NCBI GenBank assembly: GCA_965178125.1
Contig: OZ237763.1
Location: forward strand, 558,001-622,000
Source of the DNA: Bilabrum cf. latius
Lineage: Eukaryota
Reading direction: 5' to 3'
DNA length: 64,000 nt
Made by a program: the position numbers and the translations under genes. Shown in pieces: positions 60,057 to 64,000 of this stretch. The notes beneath the pieces were generated by a model, which saw only the letters and a list, made by a program, of their open reading frames with translations, searched no databases and was not told the DNA's origin. Positions within the stretch are counted from its first letter, which is position 1. Every line of letters starts with the position of its first letter.

Positions 60057-63000
60057 ATGGCGGCCGCGTTTGTGGAGCCAGTTAAGAGCAAGCAACACAA
60101 TGTGGAAAGCATGTGGGAATCGTACCTAGACGAGACGACGTCACAACTGAGTGTTGCCAGACCCCGCGTCGAAGTGTGTCTGGAGCGGGCCGGTGTCACC
60201 GTGTCCACCACGAAGGCATCCCAGTCTCCCGACGGCCTGCTAGCGTTCGCCGGCAGGGCCCTTACGTGTGGAATGATTGGCTCGAGCAAATCTTTCTCCT
60301 TCCCAGCGGTAGCTCCTACCACGAGTGAGTTGCCGGGGCCTGGTGCGACCTGACGTGTGGGCCATCGCCCATTACCGCACTTTTTCATTGCCGCACTTTG
60401 CTGAACACAAGGCCACCCATTCGATGCTTGCCTGCAGTGCTGGCCATACTTGTTATATGTAACATAATTAAAATGCTAAATACCGCTGACAGCCCCGTGT
60501 TCTCGCGCAGTGCGGCTCCGGCCCGGCACGCTGACACTCGTCCTTGCGAACCCTGGCGGTGGCAGCAGCTCCCTTTTACGAATGATAAGTGGAAGGATCC
60601 AACCAACCGAGGGATCAGTCAAGTACAGTGGGGTGTCAACAGCTGGTTTGTCGGGCAAGGGGGTGGATGCTAGAAGGATTGGCGGATACATTGGCCAGTC
60701 TGATGTCCATGAGCCGCTCTTCACTGTACGCGAGACTTTCGAGGTGAGACCGTGTCAGACAATGAATCATTTATTCAATCCTGGCTGGGTTCCTACTGTG
60801 CTGCCTGTCGTCCTTCCACTCTGGGACGCGAATCCATTGCACGCGTGAAGTGCGGTAATGCCGATCTGCCAGCAGTGCCTACATCGCATCAGTAGTGACG
60901 CCAACGAGTGACCTTCCCTTCGACCGCAACGCAGTACGCCGCCAACTCTGCATACGGTGCAGCAACCGGTGCGACGGGCGCCCCGCCCGCGGAGTGCCTG
61001 CTAGCCACCAAGAAAGCCCAGGCCATGGTAGACCTGCTCGGGCTCGGCCCCTGTGCCGACACTGTGGTGGGCAGCGCCACTGTGCGCGGCATCAGCGGGG
61101 GATAGAAGAGGCGCACCTCCATCGGAGAGATCCTGCTGACGGAGCCGAGGGTGCTCTGCGGAGACGAGATCACCGCGGGCCTGGACGCTGCTGTGGCAGA
61201 AGAGGTGGTGCTACGGATGCAGCAGTACGCCCGCCGCACGGATGCCACCGTTGTTCTCTCTCTCAAGCAGGCCACGCCCGAGACGTACAATCTCTTCGAC
61301 GATGTCGTGCTTCTCAGCGATGGGCACGTCATCTACCACGGGCCCAGGGAGGAGCTCGAGGACAACCTCGCGAGGAGGGGCTTCCCCGCACCAGAGGAGG
61401 GCGACTTCGCCGACTGGCTGGCCGCACTCGTCACAGACCCGGCATTGGCGCTACCTCCCACCCACACGGGCGAGGTGCCAACGGGCGAGCAGCTGTCCAA
61501 GCAGTGGTACGCCAGCGACGCGATGCGGGCTTCTGCCCAGCGCAAGGCACCCGGGCGGGCCCCTGCCTGCATGCCGCTCGAGCGGCCGGGGGAGCAGAAA
61601 CACGAGCACGACGACCTCAAGGCGTTCATGGACAGTTCCGAGTACCTGAGGATGCGCTTTGGGGCGGGAGGGCAGTCCGTGTCGAGCTCCCTGTCTCGGT
61701 TCGGGGCGGCGCTCAGCCGCACGTTCCGGCTCGTCTCTCGCAACCCAGAGCTGACCATCGTGCGATTCTGCCAGAGCCTCTTCCTCGGGCTCATCTTCGG
61801 TGGATCCTTCTTTCAGCCTGATGTTGACGACTTCGCACCGCGGATTGGGGTGAGTTTCACGTCTTGCTCGCGCTGCTCCGATTCCCATGACGTGGCGCAA
61901 TCTCGAATGGTACCGCTGCGATTGCTCGCGCACACGTCGCATGCCAGCGCAAGGCACCTGGATTCACTCCCGTCTTTCGACCCTCACCGCCCCGCAGATT
62001 TCTCTTTTTATTGCCATCAGCGTGTCGTTCGGGTCATTCGTGGTGAGGCGTAGACACAGACGGAGAGAGCCCAGCTATGCGTCCTGCTGGCTGTCGCCGA
62101 TCGCCGGCAGCACCGACGTGAATCCGAGTCGTCGAATCGAAAGCCATTTTTGTACGTTCATTGCATCCATCGGATCAAAAAGCACCGCAGGAGGTAGAAG
62201 CTATCATGGCAGGCAGGGCCACGTCATACAAGCTTGCAAGGGCCGGCTTGATGGATGAGTTGAGCTACGTTGGGAGCATATGGCTGGTCAACATTCCCAT
62301 CACGGCGATGACCACACTGGTGTTGTCGCTCTGCGTGTACTTCATGGTCGGCTTCGCGCCCGATGCGGACAGGTTTCTCTTCTTCTGGCTGATCACCGCC
62401 TTCCTCGAATTCGCCATGCAGGGCGTCTTTCGGTCCATCACCTTCGCGACGCCGACCCAGCAGCTGGGCCAGACCATCTCCAGCGCGGTCACAGGCGTGT
62501 TTCTCATGATGGCAGGCTTTCTGGTGACCCGCACCAATATCCGCGACTTCATGCGCTTCATGTTCTACCTGTCTCCGTTCAGCTGGGCCATCCGATCATT
62601 GGCCATCAATGAGTTCTTCGACGAGCGGTACGATGACCCGGTGCAGATCCAGGGCGGACCCATGACACCCCCAGGGAACAACACGCCCGCGGGTACGATG
62701 CCCTCTCCTCCATCTAAGCGCGATGCTTTCCTGGACGTGTTCGACTTCTAGCGCGACCCCAAGGCAGAGTGGCAGTGGAGCGCGATGGCTGTGCTGACTG
62801 CCTACTGGATCCTCTTCGCAGTCGTGCTGTCCACGCTGGCCGTGACCCACTGCAAGTACGACATCGCTCCTGGCACGCAACGTATCCACGACGAGGAGAC
62901 CCGCAAGGAGATGTCTCGCCAGAGGACCATGTCAAGGAGGAGCCCATCGCCCATGCCCATGGAGGGAGGCAGTGCGGCTGCAGCTGCATCCGCGGCTGAC

Positions 63001-64000
63001 ATCCAAGTGCGATCCCGCACCCCGACGCAGGACGTGTCCAAGACGAGCAGCATGGCCAAAGCGGCGTCCAGGTTCGAGCCGGCGGTGCTTTCGTTCTCCA
63101 ACATTACATACTCGGTCAAGGTGCCGGCGGACGGCGCCGCTGCTGCTGGTGCCAAGGAGGCCGCGAGCAGGATGCGGTCGTTCGGAGAGAAACGCAAGGC
63201 CTCGGGGTACCGCGGCGAGGATAGGACCAGCGTGAATAGTGTCGTGAGTTCCGGCCAGGAGGGCGAGGACGTCGATCTGACCCTGCTCCGGGGCATTTCG
63301 GGCGTGGCTCGACCCAGGCGCATGATCTGCCTCATGGGTGCCTCGGGCGCTGGCAAGACAACTCTCATGGACGTGCTGGCGGGCCGCAAGACCTAGGGCA
63401 AGGAGGGTGGCGATGTGTTCGTGAACGGCAAGTCTCTGACCAAGTTGCAGCGCTCAGGGCTCATCGCCTACTGCGAGCAGACGGACGACCACACGGCCAC
63501 GGACACGGTGCGAGAGGCAGTTGACTTCTGCGCACTGCTGCGGCTGGACGCTGACATGGCGCAAGACTACGACGAGCGCGAAGAGTTCGTGGATGAGATT
63601 CTGCGGCTGCTCGAGCTGGACTCGGTGAAGGGGCGGCCCGTGTCAACGCTGGCGCAGGGCGAGCTGAAGCGCCTGACCATCGGCTGCGAGCTGGCGGCCA
63701 ACCCAAGTCTGCTCTTCCTGGACGAGCCCACCACGGGGCTGGACGCCAGGTCGGCGGCCCAGGTCATGCGCGTGCTGCGGAACGTGTCAGACACGGGCCG
63801 CACCGTGGTGTGCACGATTCATCAGCCGAGCTACGACGTGTTCGCGGCCTTCGACGACCTGCTGCTGCTGGCTGAGGGCGGGCGGCAGGTGTACTCTGGG
63901 CCGATCGGTGAGCACTGCAGCGACTTGGTGCGCCACTTGCAGGAGGCCTCGCCCGTGGTGGGAAAGCTGCCCGCCCGCCTGAACCCCGCCACCTGGATGC
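60057..64000 (+). CDS. Full-size ABCG/PDR-type ABC transporter (NBD1-TMD1-NBD2...), runs off the window; 4 introns, 3 internal TAG
   Basis: Introns 60325-60510, 60744-60934, 61850-61997 and 62043-62190 (all GTGAG...GCAG) keep the frame. [30 protein letters not shown] (61103); [43 protein letters not shown] (62749); [22 protein letters not shown] (63394); [22 protein letters not shown]. Confidence 0.93.

Noticed and set aside
1-64000. Mass pseudogenisation or sequencing error as the cause of internal stops
   Set aside because: Internal stops in the intact gene models are exclusively TAG, with no frameshifts over multi-kb frames and with housekeeping motifs preserved. Random decay would also produce TGA, TAA and indels.
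1-64000. A-to-I editing (UAG to Trp), pyrrolysine, or micro-introns removing the TAGs
   Set aside because: TAGs align with Q/E/K-type columns, not Trp. They are scattered through linkers rather than catalytic sites. Motif spacing needs exactly one residue at each site (for example SGG*KRR), which excludes micro-introns.

Overview
This is GC-rich, gene-dense eukaryotic nuclear DNA, probably from a protist. The style resembles a Cafeteria-like stramenopile, but that is only an inference. It has a few GT-AG introns of 148-214 nt. The main signal is a non-standard genetic code. About 90 in-frame TAG codons (manual count) interrupt nearly every gene, often inside conserved motifs, and I found no internal in-frame TAA or TGA in the intact gene models. 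Genes end at TGA (15 cases) or TAA (1 case). TAG is therefore a sense codon, most likely Gln, while TAA appears to remain a stop. The supplied ORF track is fragmented for this reason. Reading TAG through gives about 17 genes: TrpG, two tandem EF-hand paralogues, a GT34-like remnant, a 3841-aa TMEM94, a TOM1/GPR137-like protein, an iGluR-like channel, a 3123-aa K+ channel with a split CNBD, ECH1 ending in PTS1 (AKL), a degenerate hybrid histidine kinase, an IQ-motif protein, a PDR/ABCG transporter and several hypotheticals. There is also one tRNA-Phe. The most novel gene (7482-12050) encodes one polypeptide joining a PINK1-like (pseudo)kinase to H2A-, H4-, H3- and H2B-like folds, and it is visible only under the recoded reading. 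All homology calls come from recognising motifs by eye; no database searches were run.
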